DNA of 63,996 nucleotides, filler included, from Octopus bimaculoides (taxonomy: Eukaryota), in the NCBI RefSeq assembly GCF_001194135.2. It is 7 parts of 4 records of this genome, joined end to end, with 100 filler letters (N's around TTAATTAATTAA, not from the genome) between each part and the next. Parts side by side here need not be neighbours in the genome. Positions count along the whole stretch, not along the records: positions 1 to 13,340 come from NC_069000.1; 6 more parts are not named here. One strand, given 5' to 3'. Positions 1 through 12,731 of this stretch are shown in pieces. A model generated the notes under the pieces. It worked only from the letters and a program-made list of their open reading frames with translations, was not told the origin of the DNA and did not search any database. The translations under genes and the position numbers were made by a program. Numbering within the stretch: position 1 is the first letter of the stretch; the number at the start of each line of letters is the position of its first letter.

Positions 1-51
1 TAACAACAAAAATAATGGAATATAGACATTACGGATCTATTCAATATCAGC

Positions 52-97
<46 letters not shown>

Positions 98-249
98 GCT
101 TTGTCACATCAAAAAAATCGGGCGCAATCATTGAACGAATAAACTGAAAACGATTAAAACGTATATTTGTATGTATGTATGTATGTACATGTATGTATGT
201 GTATGTGTGCATGTATGTATGTGTGTATGAGAGAAAATGTGTGAATCTG

Positions 250-345
250 TATAGTTGCTTGACCTGCTGGAAATAACAGCCAAATCTCTCAATGACACAC
301 GCTAACATTATATAAACGAGAGGACACATTGGATAAGATGGGGGG
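250..345 (+). mobile_element. Short interspersed repeat family D fragment (also ~27020-27540, split by a SINE, and 51108-51175 minus)
   Basis: AGTTGCTTGACCTGCTGGAAATAACAGCCAAATCTCTC is similar to the reverse complement of 51108-51175. Confidence 0.5.
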
Positions 346-807
346 AAAATACACACGCATACATACGTATGTATTCCCTATAAAAGAACTTTCTGTTTTT
401 CTCATCCATTCCCTATTTAGTGAATAAAACGTTAAGGGTAAACCGTGTTCTACGTGACATATTCAACCAGTATCCGAAGTTTCAAATTTTTAGTTTTAAA
501 AAATCTGTGACTGAGATTGGATAGATCCGACATTCCCAAAGGAATACACACACACACACACACACACAGAAAAAAAGGTGTGATTGTGTGTATGTGTGTG
601 TACGTGCGAGCTCGCTTACCGGTATATCAAATTAAATTCCTTTATATCAAAAACAAAAAGATAACCATTCAGTAGAGATCACTGAAAATAAGCGGCCAGA
701 GACAAAACTGAAATAAGATCTAGAGTAGATAACCCCCGTCCAAAAATCTCCTTCAGGAGGTGCCCCAGCCTGACCGTAACTCAAATACAGAACCAGTAAA
801 TAAATAC

Positions 808-1141
808 AAGGAAACCTTGGGTAAGTTTCATCTAATAAAGCCTCGGGCCGACCAAAGCCTTATCAATGGTTCTGGCAGACGGAAACTGAAAGAAAGGTCG
901 TCATATATATATAGAGATAGATATATGCACATATCCATACATATATGTACATACCTACATCTATATGCATACATATAAGGGTACAGGACATCAAAAAAAC
1001 GTCCTGTACCCATATATGCATGTATGTATACATATAGATGTAGGTATGTACATATGGGTATGGATATGTGCATATACATATATTATTATATGATCGAACG
1101 CCACGCATCCTTTTCCAAGTAAGTTTTATCTATCTGTCTAT

Positions 1142-1218
<77 letters not shown>

Positions 1219-1435
1219 NNNNNNNNNNNNNNNNNNNNNNNNNNNNNNNNNNNNACCGCTTGATAATCGGTGTTGGTTTGTTTACGCCCTCGTAACACAG
1301 CGTTTCGGTAAAGTGACGATAAAATAAGTACCAGGCTTCGCAAAAAAAAATAAGTACTGGGGTCAAATTTATTCCATTAAAAGAGTCTTCAAGACGGTGC
1401 CTCAGCACGACCGCAGTCTAATGACTAAAAGAAAT
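808..1435 (+). mobile_element. SINE family B, split by expanded internal microsatellites and a foldback
   Basis: 5' part ...GACGGAAACTGAAAGAA at ~885 and 3' part ...GACCGCAGTCTAATGACT at ~1410 flank TA/GATA repeats. Confidence 0.7.
922..1076. repeat. Long inverted repeat (hairpin/foldback)
   Basis: Core GGGTACAGGAC (979-989), 11-nt loop, GTCCTGTACCC (1001-1011). The arms extend about 60 bp further with few mismatches. Confidence 0.85.
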
Positions 1436-1810
1436 GCCTGTGTGAGTGTTTGTGTGTGTGTACAGTATATAAAAATAAAAAAATAATATACAATCCACTC
1501 CGAGTGTTCTTAATATTTTGTCCTGTCTCAACGTCAAAAACGGAATGGTTTGTTTTGTGCACGAAGACATCAAAAGAAAAGGAAAAGAAAAAAGTTTTCT
1601 ATTTGTTATTTGTTAATTCACTTTTAGTAATGAGCCATAATTGAATTCTTATTAAATTAATTCCAATAACTTTTCTACTCACTTTTTTTTTTGTCTCTGA
1701 CTGCGAGTGGGTAAAAACAGTTTTAAACCGCGACGTACTTGGCGTAAATGATGTTTTTGTACAGTCGATTTGTCTTCGTGTGTATATATAATTATATAGC
1801 TATATATATA

Positions 1811-1845
<35 letters not shown>

Positions 1846-2196
1846 GAGAGAGAGAGAAAGAAAGAAAACGAAAGAGAGAGAGAGAGTATGTGTGTGTGTG
1901 TAAAAGCTGGGTGACTGTTATAAAAGTTCTTCCCTGTAATTAGATTTATATATGAGAGTGGGTGCGACGTTGTCATTGTGACTGATATGTATGTATATAT
2001 ATATATATATCACTACTTGTTGGTCTGTGAGAGTATGATGTTCTCGGAAGTGTGTGTACGGATATCTGAGTGGCATAATGTATATATGCGTGTTGATGTG
2101 TGACAAATATGTGTGTTTGTGTGCGTGTGTACACATATATATAAATTAGTCTTTGTGATGCGGTTGTGCGGGAACACCGTTTCGAATGGTTTAGTC

Positions 2197-2440
2197 CAGC
2201 GGTTCTCGACCATTTTTTGCCGGTGGACCCCTTTCATTTATATACCACTTGGGCCAGATCTCATAGCCATTCAATGTTTAAAAAAACTGTTAATATATTT
2301 TGTGTCCTGTAAAATTAAAACAAGTTTATTGCGCATACATTTCAGCAACAAAATCATATATGGCCCCACCAAGAGGCAGGATGTACATATACACAATTAG
2401 GATAAAATCATTATTTAATGATTAATCAGTGACCCGCATC
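2197..2440. mobile_element. Probable hAT MITE fragment
   Basis: Begins CAGCGGTTCTCGACCATTTTTTGCCGGTGGACCCC, similar to the hAT ends at 6647 and 54003. No matching right TIR found. Confidence 0.4.
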
Positions 2441-2944
2441 CACATGTATGTACATTTACATGCGTGTATGTATGTGTAAATAAGTATATAACTGCGTGCG
2501 TGAGTGTTTATGGCTGTGCTTCAGTAACTTTCTGTATATAGGTCGCCTGTCTATGTGCGTGTGTGAAGTGTGTAGGCGTTTATGGGCACTTTTGGGAGTA
2601 TCACTTAAAGAGATAGCATATGCACATCATAGGTTTGCTTTAGCTAAGTAGGTATAACCCACATCGTTGTATATGTATGTATGTACGTGTATGTATGTAC
2701 GTGTATGTATGTATCTATATACGTATGTATGTTGAATTGAAAATTCAAGTTCTAGTTTTATTTTTATTTTTCCCATTACCTAATTTTGTCGTCTATTTCC
2801 GATGTGGATACATTACAGCAACCAACTCCATTTGCTTGACTGCTATTTTACTTTATTGTTAACCGCCCCACCTCCCGGAAGTTTGAAAGCTAAAGTTGAT
2901 TTCGGTTGGATTTGACCTCAGAATATAAAAAAAAAAAAAAAAAG

Positions 2945-3074
2945 CTTTCTCAACCAAATGGTTCGAGGTTCAGTCCCTCTTCGTGGCACCATGGGCAAGT
3001 ATATTCTACTATAGCTTTGGGACAACCAAAAGCCTTGGGAGTGGATCTGGTCGATGGAAACTGAAAGAAGTCTG

Positions 3075-3113
<39 letters not shown>

Positions 3114-3352
3114 CGTGTGTGTGTTCGTGTGGGGGGGAAGTATTTGCATTTATATTTGTCCCCCACCACCGCATGACAACCGCTGTTGGTGTGATTATGT
3201 TCCCATGATCAAGCGGTTCGGCAAAAGAGACAGATAGAGTAAGTACCAGTCTTAAAAAGGAAACAAGTATTGTGGTCGATTCATTCGACTAAAAGTCTTT
3301 TAAGGCGGTGCCCCAGAATGGCCGTAGTCGACTGAAACAACTATAAGATAAA
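2945..3352 (+). mobile_element. SINE family B with internal (TG)n
   Basis: GGTTCAGTCCC B-box-like, ACCATGGGCAAGT, GGAAACTGAAAGAAG, (GT)n, then the 3' module AAGGCGGTGCCCCAG. Confidence 0.85.
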
Positions 3353-3492
3353 ACATAAATCACTCGTAACATTTTGTCTCATACTTTAACGATTCGGCCA
3401 ATTCACCGTCTATGACAGGTGTCGGGGAATTTTTTTAACCAATTACCCCAAAATGTATTTATTTACGCCGACGTTACCCCATTGGTTTGAAA

Positions 3493-3697
3493 GGAAGCTG
3501 GCAGAAACGTTAGCACGCCAGGCGACATGCTTAGCGGTATTTCGTCTGCCTTTACGTTCTGAGTTCAAATTCCGCCGAGGTTGACTTTGCCTTTCATCTT
3601 TTCAGGGTCGATAAATTAATTACCAGTTGTGTACCGGAGTCGATATAATCGACTGGTCCTCTCCCCTAAAATTTCGGGCCTTGTGCCTAGAATAGAT
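3493..3697 (+). mobile_element. SINE family A (variant 3' end)
   Basis: AAGCTGGCAGAAACGTTAGCACGCC...GAGTTCAAATTCCGCCGAGGTTGACTTTGCCTTTCATC. Confidence 0.85.
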
Positions 3698-4454
3698 AAG
3701 GAAGAAAATCATAGATTCTCTGAATTCAAAAGGTTTATTGGATCAATTTATATAGAGAATACAATTATAACTATAAATAAGTATAAAGCAAAGGCGATGA
3801 AATAAACTAGTATCATCATTATGAAACAAAATATATTTTTTAGAAACTTTTTCACTTCAGGTTTTGGAGAAATGATCATTTCATTTTTATTACAATTGCA
3901 TCAAAATTAGGGCATTTTGATTCCAGAGCAATTTGGATACAGTCTTCGGGGTCCAATCGATTTCATTAAAAGGTTGAACTGAATAACTACTTAAAACTAC
4001 TTAAACAAACCAAAAACACGTATCAAAAGATAAGATTAAGGCGGGTAATAGACAACTGACAAATAATATCTGTTTAGTCACTTGACAACGCTTTAGCAAC
4101 CAAATTGTTTGTGGTTCAAAATGACGTGACTTCTCCTAAACACGTCCATTACATTGGACAGATGCAGTGTTGCCGGAAGAAAAATTTCTGTCGTAACAAG
4201 GAATACGTTTCTTTTTTTTATATATATAATTTTACTTATGTCTAATGAGTTCTCATTGATCCCAAGAATTTCGTTTTTACTCCACTTCAGGTAATTTACC
4301 CCGGTTCGCAGACTCCTGGTCTATGAGATCCTTGCAGTTCCCTTGCGCAGCACATTGGGCAAGTGTCTTTCTACTGTAGCCCCGAATTGGTAATGGTCAA
4401 TGGTTTGTGTGTGAATTCGGTTGATGGAAACTGTTTGAAATCCTGTCATATATA

Positions 4455-6003
4455 ACTCCCAACCTCTTTCTGAACGCTTCGGCAGGTATCATTGGAATCG
4501 ACTATCCTGGCTACGAACAAGGACTTATCAGCTCCCATATGATGCATGGTATACAGTCACCTTAGCTCTGAGTCACTCAGGCGACACTCTGCGGCTAAAC
4601 TCTACTCCCACTCCGAATTCTCTGACACTTCCAACCAGGCTTTCATCACTCCGATTATGACATTCTCCTTATTACTTTCTGAGAGCACAAACACTTCACT
4701 CAACTCCAGGCCGAACTCAGCAAGTAGCTCTCCCAGAATCCCCTCTGCCTTCCTCTTATTGGTGATTACCGATCCCCATCCATCCAAGTTCAGTGGCCAA
4801 ATCGGTCCGAATCTCATTACTACGCAGTCCTACCTCAGGGCCAGATTCACTTCCTTCAGCACGGCATCCAGTTCAGCCACGTTGATGTGACTTCCGCACC
4901 ATACGGTACTGTGTACCAATTTGGGCACATACCAGCTTCATCTTACTGGGTCTTCCGTCTTTACCCCCTCCAGGATCTCCTGTATGGTAGTCACTGTCTT
5001 CTTACCCATCTGTCCACCCTGCCAACCGTGTCCGCTAATCTCTTGTAGTTACATGCGGTTCAGAGCCATCCTGCAATTGGAATGTAGCCCGCCAGTTCCC
5101 CACACATTGAGAACAGTTCTCATCTGTTTATGCCGGTGCCCAGTTCTAGGATTTCATTTCCTCTCCGAAATACCAGTACGCCTGCCTTGTCTCTTCCCAG
5201 CTTGAGCCCCAGAGCAGCTCTCTCTTCCATCGTCTCCGGCGGTTTCGCAGTTAATACTCACCTCTTTAGGTGGCCTATAATCTCTGTTGCCCTCAGCACG
5301 GTCACGTCTAGTAAGATATCGTCAATATAGGAATTAGTGGCCTTTTTCACTTTGTCCACCTTTCCCAGGATGTCCTTGAGAACCGTGTGGAATCAACCCG
5401 ATCCACAGCCTGGTCGGACGGTACGTCTGGCCCATATACCTTACCAGTTGATACTTCCATAGTTTCTCAGCCGTATGTAACTGCAGATATGCCGACTTCA
5501 AGTCGACGATTGTGGGGCCCTGTCATCTGTCTCTACTCACGCAAGGTTTCTGTGCAGACAGCTGTAAGCTTGTTGCCAGTGTGGCACGATACATAGTAGT
5601 TCAGCTCGAAAGTCCAGTACCGGTCTGACCTTATTTTTCGTTGGTTACACGACTGTCATTAGCAGCAACGTTCTGCTCTTTACCTTTCCTTCCAAGGGAT
5701 TAAAACACACTCCTCGATCTATCTTTCCACGGCCCCCTCGAACTCACCCCAGTATCTCCTATCAGGGTAAGCTGATAACAGATCACTTTATTTTTCAACG
5801 CGGTGGCCTCTTCATTCCAGCGCCACTCAGCTATCCATCCACAGCTGGCCATCGAACTTAGCCTGAAAATCCTTGTCTTCCATGGTATGTACCGGACATT
5901 TTTCTTCAGAGCTCTCCCTACTAGCCTGTTACAAATTCACGGCGCAAGGTTCCCCTGCACAACCAAACGTTACCCAGTCTTCACTAACTGCAACACCTCC
6001 TAG
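4455..6003 (-). mobile_element. Degenerate LTR-retrotransposon pol fragment (protease end, RT, RNase H, integrase HH start)
   Basis: Minus translation across stops and frameshifts gives TIVDLKSAYLQLH, LWKYQLVRY, TNSYIDDILL (YIDD 5318-5329), ELFSMCGELAGYIPIAGWL, INVAELDAVLKEVNLAL, ILGELLAEFGLELSEVFVLSESNK and HHMGADKSLFVAR. Confidence 0.8.
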
Positions 6004-6276
6004 NNNNNNNNNNNNNNNNNNNNNNNNNNNNNNNNNNNNNNNNNNNNNNNNNNNNNNNNNNNNNNNNNNNNNNNNNNNNNNNNNNNNNNNNNNNNNNNNN
6101 NNNNNNNNNNNNNNNNNNNNNNNNNNNNNNNNNNNNNNNNNNNNNNNNNNNNNNNNNNNNNNNNNNNNNNNNNNNNNNNNNNNNNNNNNNNNNNNNNNNN
6201 NNNNNNNNNNNNNNNNNNNNNNNNNNNNNNNNNNNNNNNNNNNNNNNNNNNNNNNNNNNNNNNNNNNNNNNNNNNN

Positions 6277-6329
<53 letters not shown>

Positions 6330-6646
6330 CATATACACTGGCTATGGGAAGTATTTGAAGATATATTTGGTAATTTAAGAAAGGAAACCTAATCTAGAAA
6401 AAAAAATCCAATTATTTTATTAGAAATTTGTGCGCCTGTTCTCGGTAAGATTTTTTATAAGATTATTCTATGAATCTGCCTTCAGCTCCGATCATAGTTT
6501 CAATGTGGGACCGGAATCATTGACATGCTTGCACTTATTCATTTTGGACATCATCTGAGCTATTGCGGCCTGTGGTGAAACTATGACGTTATGAGAATGT
6601 CGATTAGTCTCCCTTTCAACAGTGTTCTAAACTTAGTGATCTATAG

Positions 6647-6943
6647 CAGGGGTTTTCAAACTGTGGTCCGCGGACCAAAGGGGGTCCGCAAGGACGAGAC
6701 AGGGGGTCCGTAGACAACAAATACTTTTTATGGGCAATTTGATTTTATATATGTTTTATAATCGAAATCTTTTAATTGACAATAAACCTATTTGTTAAAT
6801 ACTGTTAAATAAATAAATGTAAAAATATATGTTATTTTAAGCAAATGTTTATGTATAAATTTCATAAGCGTTTATAAGGGGGTCCCTAAGGTAAAGTCTG
6901 AAATATAAAGGGGTCCGCAAGTCAAAAAGTTTGAAAACCCCTG
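6647..6943. mobile_element. hAT (Charlie-like) MITE
   Basis: Perfect 15-bp TIR CAGGGGTTTTCAAAC / GTTTGAAAACCCCTG. The upstream 8 bp ATCTATAG match the two visible downstream bases (AT) before the gap. Confidence 0.85.
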
Positions 6944-7186
6944 ATNNNNNNNNNNNNNNNNNNNNNNNNNNNNNNNNNNNNNNNNNNNNNNNNNNNNNNN
7001 NNNNNNNNNNNNNNNNNNNNNNNNNNNNNNNNNNNNNNNNNNNNNNNNNNNNNNNNNNNNNNNNNNNNNNNNNNNNNNNNNNNNNNNNNNNNNNNNNNNN
7101 NNNNNNNNNNNNNNNNNNNNNNNNNNNNNNNNNNNNNNNNNNNNNNNNNNNNNNNNNNNNNNNNNNNNNNNNNNNNNNNNNNNNNN

Positions 7187-8083
7187 ATCCAGGGCTTCGC
7201 AACTGTCTCCGGTACTTCAACGTATCCAGTAAAATTAATTCTGTGGAAAGATGTGAGATAGCATGACACGGCCTTCTTTACTTACCACTCCCAAAACCAT
7301 CACAGTTGTGGGAACTTAGTGTACATCACACTGAGGGCGAGCTGGCAGAATCGTTAGCACGCCGGGCGAAATGCTGAGCGGTATTTCGTCTGCCGCTACG
7401 TTCTGAGTTCAAATTCCGCCGAGGTCGACTTTGCCTTTCATCCTTTCGGGGTCGATTAAATAAGTACCAGTTACGCACTGGGGTCGGTATTATCGACTTA
7501 ATCCGTTTGTCTGTCCTTGTTTGTCCCCTCTGTGTGTAGCCACTTGTTGGTAGTAAAGAAATAACACTGAGGGCAACAGAAGGATCTGCATATAACTATC
7601 TGCCATTTTTCCTGATAAACGCTTGCCTTGGTTGAAGTTTTTCTCGTCAGCGAAGAACCGAGGCATGTCTGTGAGGGTTGTTAACGTTTTTAAGAAACCG
7701 TTTAGAATGGGTGAAATGGTTTTTCTGTGTTTTGGAGATATGAATTAGTTTCACCTCAGTATATAAGACTTGTATCGAATGTCTTCGTGCACTACAGTTC
7801 TAATCGTCCACCCTACCATCTGAAGTTCTTTGGTGATGGTCCTCAGGGATTTTCTGGAATTGTCATTAATAATGAATCCGTTGGATAAGTTGCGGTGTTC
7901 CTGTTGTGTCGGACTGTGTAGGAGTTTTTCTTCGCTTGATACAGTTGAAACAGTTTCGCCAGACGCTTCCAATTCTATCCGAATGTTGTGCACAAAAGGT
8001 ATTGCAACATTTAGAAAGCTTGCAATTTTTAAATCGCTGTGTTCTAACCATAGAGCATGTTATTTTATTTCTTGTGCTAGCAT
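7187..8083 (-). mobile_element. Decayed Tc1/mariner (maT/DD37D-like) transposase interrupted by a SINE
   Basis: MLAQEIK*HAL...HSDLKIASFLNVA...VVHEDIRYKSY...FFADEKNFNQ. After removing the SINE the frame continues VMYTKFPT-VMVLGVVS...INFTGYVEVPETVAKPW. Confidence 0.8.
7339..7563 (+). mobile_element. tRNA-derived SINE family A with 11-bp TSD
   Basis: GAGCTGGCAGAATCGTTAGC (A-box-like), GAGTTCAAATTCC (B box), AAGAAATA tail. ACACTGAGGGC at 7328-7338 and 7564-7574. Confidence 0.9.
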
Positions 8084-8182
8084 TTTATCTGCCGTGGCGG
8101 ATTGAAAGAAATAATAACGTTTAATTAGTTATACTGAAAATTAAGTCTCCTCAAATATCCCTCCTACTCGTATGTACGTATG

Positions 8183-8239
<57 letters not shown>

Positions 8240-8869
8240 GAAAAGAGAGAGAGGAAAAGAGAGAGAGGAAAAGAGAGAGAGGANNNNNNNNNNNNNNNNN
8301 NNNNNNNNNNNNNNNNNNNNNNNNNNNNNNNNNNNNNNNNNNNNNNNNNNNNNNNNNNNNNNNNNNNNNNNNNNNNNNNNNNNNNNNNNNNNNNNNNNNN
8401 NNNNNNNNNNNNNNNNNNNNNNNNNNNNNNNNNNNNNNNNNNNNNNNNNNNNNNNNNNNNNNNNNNNNNNNNNNNNNNNNNNNNNNNNNNNNNNNNNNNN
8501 NNNNNNNNNNNNNNNNNNNNNNNNNNNNNNNNNNNNNNNNNNNNNNNNNNNNNNNNNNNNNNNNNNNNNNNNNNNNNNNNNNNNNNNNNNNNNNNNNNNN
8601 NNNNNNNNNNNNNNNNNNNNNNNNNNNNNNNNNNNNNNNNNNNNNNNNNNNNNNNNNNNNNNNNNNNNNNNNNNNNNNNNNNNNNNNNNNNNNNNNNNNN
8701 NNNNNNNNNNNNNNNNNNNNNNNNNNNNNNNNNNNNNNNNNNNNNNNNNNNNNNNNNNNNNNNNNNNNNNNNNNNNNNNNNNNNNNNNNNNNNNNNNNNN
8801 NNNNGAATTATTTCAGAATATTTTTTTGTGATTCTAACACGTGTATGTGCATGCGTGCGTGCGTGCGTG

Positions 8870-8932
<63 letters not shown>

Positions 8933-9612
8933 ATGCGTGCATGTGTGCGTGTTTATATACACATTGAACTGGATTTGATTCATAACAATGAAATTAGGTT
9001 CTCCATGAAATATGGCATCAAAGAATTAGAGACACATAGTGTAATCAAACAACATTATTTTATGCTAAGTAAAACAGACATATAAAACATTATTACATAA
9101 TCACAGGATGGTGTCTAAATATACCTACACACCTACTAGTATAATAATTATGGAAATATATGAATAAATAAATGGATAACTGAATGAATAATATGCAGTA
9201 AATAGACCTAATTTAATCAATGACACTAATAAGTTATAAATTGAAAAAGTTCGTAAATCAAAGGAATAAACGAATAATAAATTTTCCTATACGCCCTTAA
9301 ACATGAGCGATGAGCAAACAATAACAAAACTATGCAAATATTTGTGTATTCAAATGGTTGTGTGGTTCAGAAGGTCACTTTGCAACAACGGAATTTCGGG
9401 TTCGGTCCCGCTGCGCATTTCACAGGGTGTCTTCTACTATAGCCACATGGCTTTGACTAAATTTGATTGATAGAATTTGATAGACAGAAACTGCGTGGAA
9501 GCCCGGTTGCTACTTGTTTCTCCAGCATTGGTCAAGTAATATTGACAGTTCTTATAGGACCCCATAAGATTCGAAAATCGATGATGAAGGCTGTTCATCA
9601 GTTTTTGCTTGG

Positions 9613-9652
<40 letters not shown>

Positions 9653-9878
9653 NNNNNNNNNNNNNNNNNNNNNNNNNNNNNNNNNNNNNNNNNNNNNNNN
9701 NNNNNNNNNNNNNNNNNNNNNNNNNNNNNNNNNNNNNNNNNNNNNNNNNNNNNNNNNNNNNNNNNNNNNNNNNNNNNNNNNNNNNNNNNNNNNNNNNNNN
9801 NNNNNNNNNNNNNNNNNNNNNNNNNNNNNNNNNNNNNNNNNNNNNNNNNNNNNNNNNNNNNNNNNNNNNNNNNNNNNN

Positions 9879-12316
9879 ACCCATAGATTTATGGACTTTC
9901 TCCAGGCGAGGCTCACAAAAGAAAATTTATGTACATGAAAATTAAGAACGTGAACGTGAAGTTACGGTTAGATACAGACAGTGATATTACAATTATTAAC
10001 ATTGACACATGGAAAAAAATAGGAAAGTCTAACTTAATGGACACTTTAAAAGTTGCGAAAGATGTCTCAGGAAAAAAATTACATTTTTTAGACAAATAAT
10101 AACTGGGGTTATATTTCGGGATAAAACCTTGAAAGCAAAAAGTTTTGTGTTAAATAATGCAACAAATTTGTTCGGTACTGATTGGATGGAATTGTTTAAT
10201 TTATGGGACCTCCCCATAAATCTGTTCTGTAAAAATATAAATGGTTTTCCTCCAGTAAAAACAAGTCGTCAGACGAATTGATAGAAAAGGTAAAAAATAT
10301 TTTTCCTGAAGTTCTGTCCCATAAATGAAGTTTGTGTACCAAAACAACGGTGCTTTTCAATGAAAGGAAAACGCCATACTAGTCGAGGGCATACGCAATT
10401 AAAAATATACCTCCTCCGACTAATATTGCAACCTTACAAGCATTTTTAGGACTGGCAAATTATTACCAAAATTATATCCCAAATGTGCATAAGGTTAGAG
10501 TGCCACTGAATAATTTGCTGAAAAAAGATACGAAATGGAATTGGTCAGAAAATTGCCAAAAGGCGTTTGACAAAATTTAGAAAAATATTAATATCTAATT
10601 TGTAGTTAGCTCAGTTCGATCCTGCAACGGAGATTTTTGTAGCTTCAAACGCTTCTGTGTACGGTATAGGAGCAGTAATACTACATAAATATAAAGATGG
10701 TAACACGAAGGCAGTAATTCATGTCTTACATTTTCTGATATCAGCAGAGAAAAATTATTGTCAAATTGTAAAGGAAGTTCTACGATCATTTTTTCCATGA
10801 AAAAATTTCACAGATTTTTGCACGGTAGAAGTTTTCGGCTACAGACTGATCACCGACAGTTATTATCGATATTTGGGTCGAAAAAAAAGAATTCGTAACT
10901 GTACTGCTAATAGGGTACAACGCAGAGCTGCGATCTTACTAAACGACGATTTCAAAATGGAGTATACACCATCCAAGAAATTAGGCCACGCAGATTGTCT
11001 ATCAAGACTGATTACAAAAAATGCGGAACCATTCGAAGATACTGTGATTACTGATTAGCGAGCGGAAAATGAAATTAAAAATGTTCTGTGTAACGTCATT
11101 CGTGAACTGCCAGTTACGTTACCAGACATAAAATCAAAGTCGAAGAGCGATAAATTCATTATAAAAATGAAAGAATCACTGAAGGACAAAGAAAATGAAA
11201 ATATGCGCAACATAAATGCAAACCATTCCTCACTGTGTGACAATGTGTTGATGTATGGGTTGAGTCGTTGTGCCGGCCGCACAACAAAAGCGTTTATTAA
11301 AAGAATTTCATATTGGTCACCTAAGGATTTCGAGAATGAAATCACTCATGCGAAGTTACGTACATTAGCCTATAATGGACTGTGAGATTGAGAGTCGGTG
11401 AAATCCTGTAGAAATTGTGCCCTTGCAGTCAAGTCACTACCGGTAAAATTCCAACCATGGCCTAAAACCGGCAGTCCATGGACCAGGCTTCATATAGATT
11501 ATACTGGACCAGTAAATGGCGTATGTTACCTGATTGTAGTAGATAGTTATATTAAATGGACGGAAATATGTAGATGTAGGTAACAAGAGAATTTCTTCAT
11601 GAACTCTTTGCAAGATATGGTGCCCGGACATCATAGTCTACGATAACGGTACACAGTTTACGGCGTATGAGTTTAAAATGTTTTGCAGAATGTATGCAAT
11701 TGAACATATTTCTATTCCGCCATATCAACCAAGACCAAATGGGCAAGCAGAATGGTTCGTAGATACATTTAAAAGAGCATTAATGGAATCAAGAAACGAG
11801 CATGTCGATGACGCAGCATTGATACAATTCTTAAGGGTCTATAGAATAACACCAAACTCAAACACTTATTCAGGCAAATCGCCAGCGGAATTAATGTTTG
11901 CTCGAAAATAAAGTCAATTTTTGACAAGTTGTTACCAGTAAGAAAAACAAATAGGGAAAACACTAAAAATGCGATAAAGTATTTCAATATCGGCGACAAG
12001 GTGTTTTTCAAAATATATAAAAATGGAAGAGAAGGTTAGGAAGACGGAGTAGTGACAAAACGAATGGGCAATATATGATAAAAGGCGAAAAATGGGAACA
12101 CAAATGATATTTAAGCCAGCTAAAAATAGATATACGAAACAAAGAAAAGAGATACCCATGGAAGTGCTCTACGACACTTTTGATGTGCCAACGCCACAAG
12201 AAGTCGAAGCTAGGCGTAGCAGCACAAGAAAGATGAAACAAACAGAACGGTTGGAAGTAGTGCCTTAGCGGAAGAAATATTAAAATTCGCTAGGAAGTAA
12301 ATCTCAAAGGGGAAGA
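9879..12316 (+). mobile_element. Decayed Ty3/Gypsy retrotransposon internal region (protease, RT thumb, RNase H, integrase)
   Basis: LDTDSDITII (9968-9997), LQAFLGLANYY, NASVYGIGAVILH, KKLGHADCLSRL, CRNC, PWTRLHIDYTGP, DNGTQFT, PPYQPRPNGQAEWFVDTFKRAL and SPAELMF. Many stops and frameshifts. Confidence 0.9.
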
Positions 12317-12510
12317 TGTTGTGGTGAGAGTCTGACATCCCGGTGGGATTGCAAAAATGGACTAACCGAGCTCTTATAAGAGTAGCGTATTGGTTGAGAC
12401 GAGGGAACAGTTGTTGAGAGTTCGTGGAAGTCGTAAGCAGTCGTTGAGATTGTTGAGAGTTTGTATTTATTGGAGTATCGTGTTTTAGTGGAGTAATTTA
12501 AAGTACGTCA
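12317..12510 (+). repeat. Candidate 3' LTR of the Gypsy element
   Basis: Polypurine tract AAAGGGGAAGA (12306-12316) directly followed by TGTTG..., ending ...ACGTCA at 12510. The 5' LTR is not visible because of the gap. Confidence 0.65.
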
Positions 12511-12684
12511 TGTGAAGATAGCTGTGTCTATCCCAGCCTCGTAAAATCTGTATATCCAAAGTATAGAAGGATATAATATATATATACACACACCCACCCA
12601 CGCATACACACACATACACTCATATATCCATTTAACGTCTACACACCATNNNNNNNNNNNNNNNNNNNNNNNNNNNNNNNNNNN

Positions 12685-12731
<47 letters not shown>

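Noticed and set aside
1140-1219. (GATA)n arrays as GATA-factor enhancers for FOG
   Set aside because: These are common microsatellites, far from the gene and across unverified scaffold joins.
8164-9085. Long six-frame ORFs (also those at 17.8, 18.8, 22.2, 23.7, 39.1 and 60.9 kb)
   Set aside because: They are artefacts of N runs and dinucleotide repeats lacking stop codons.
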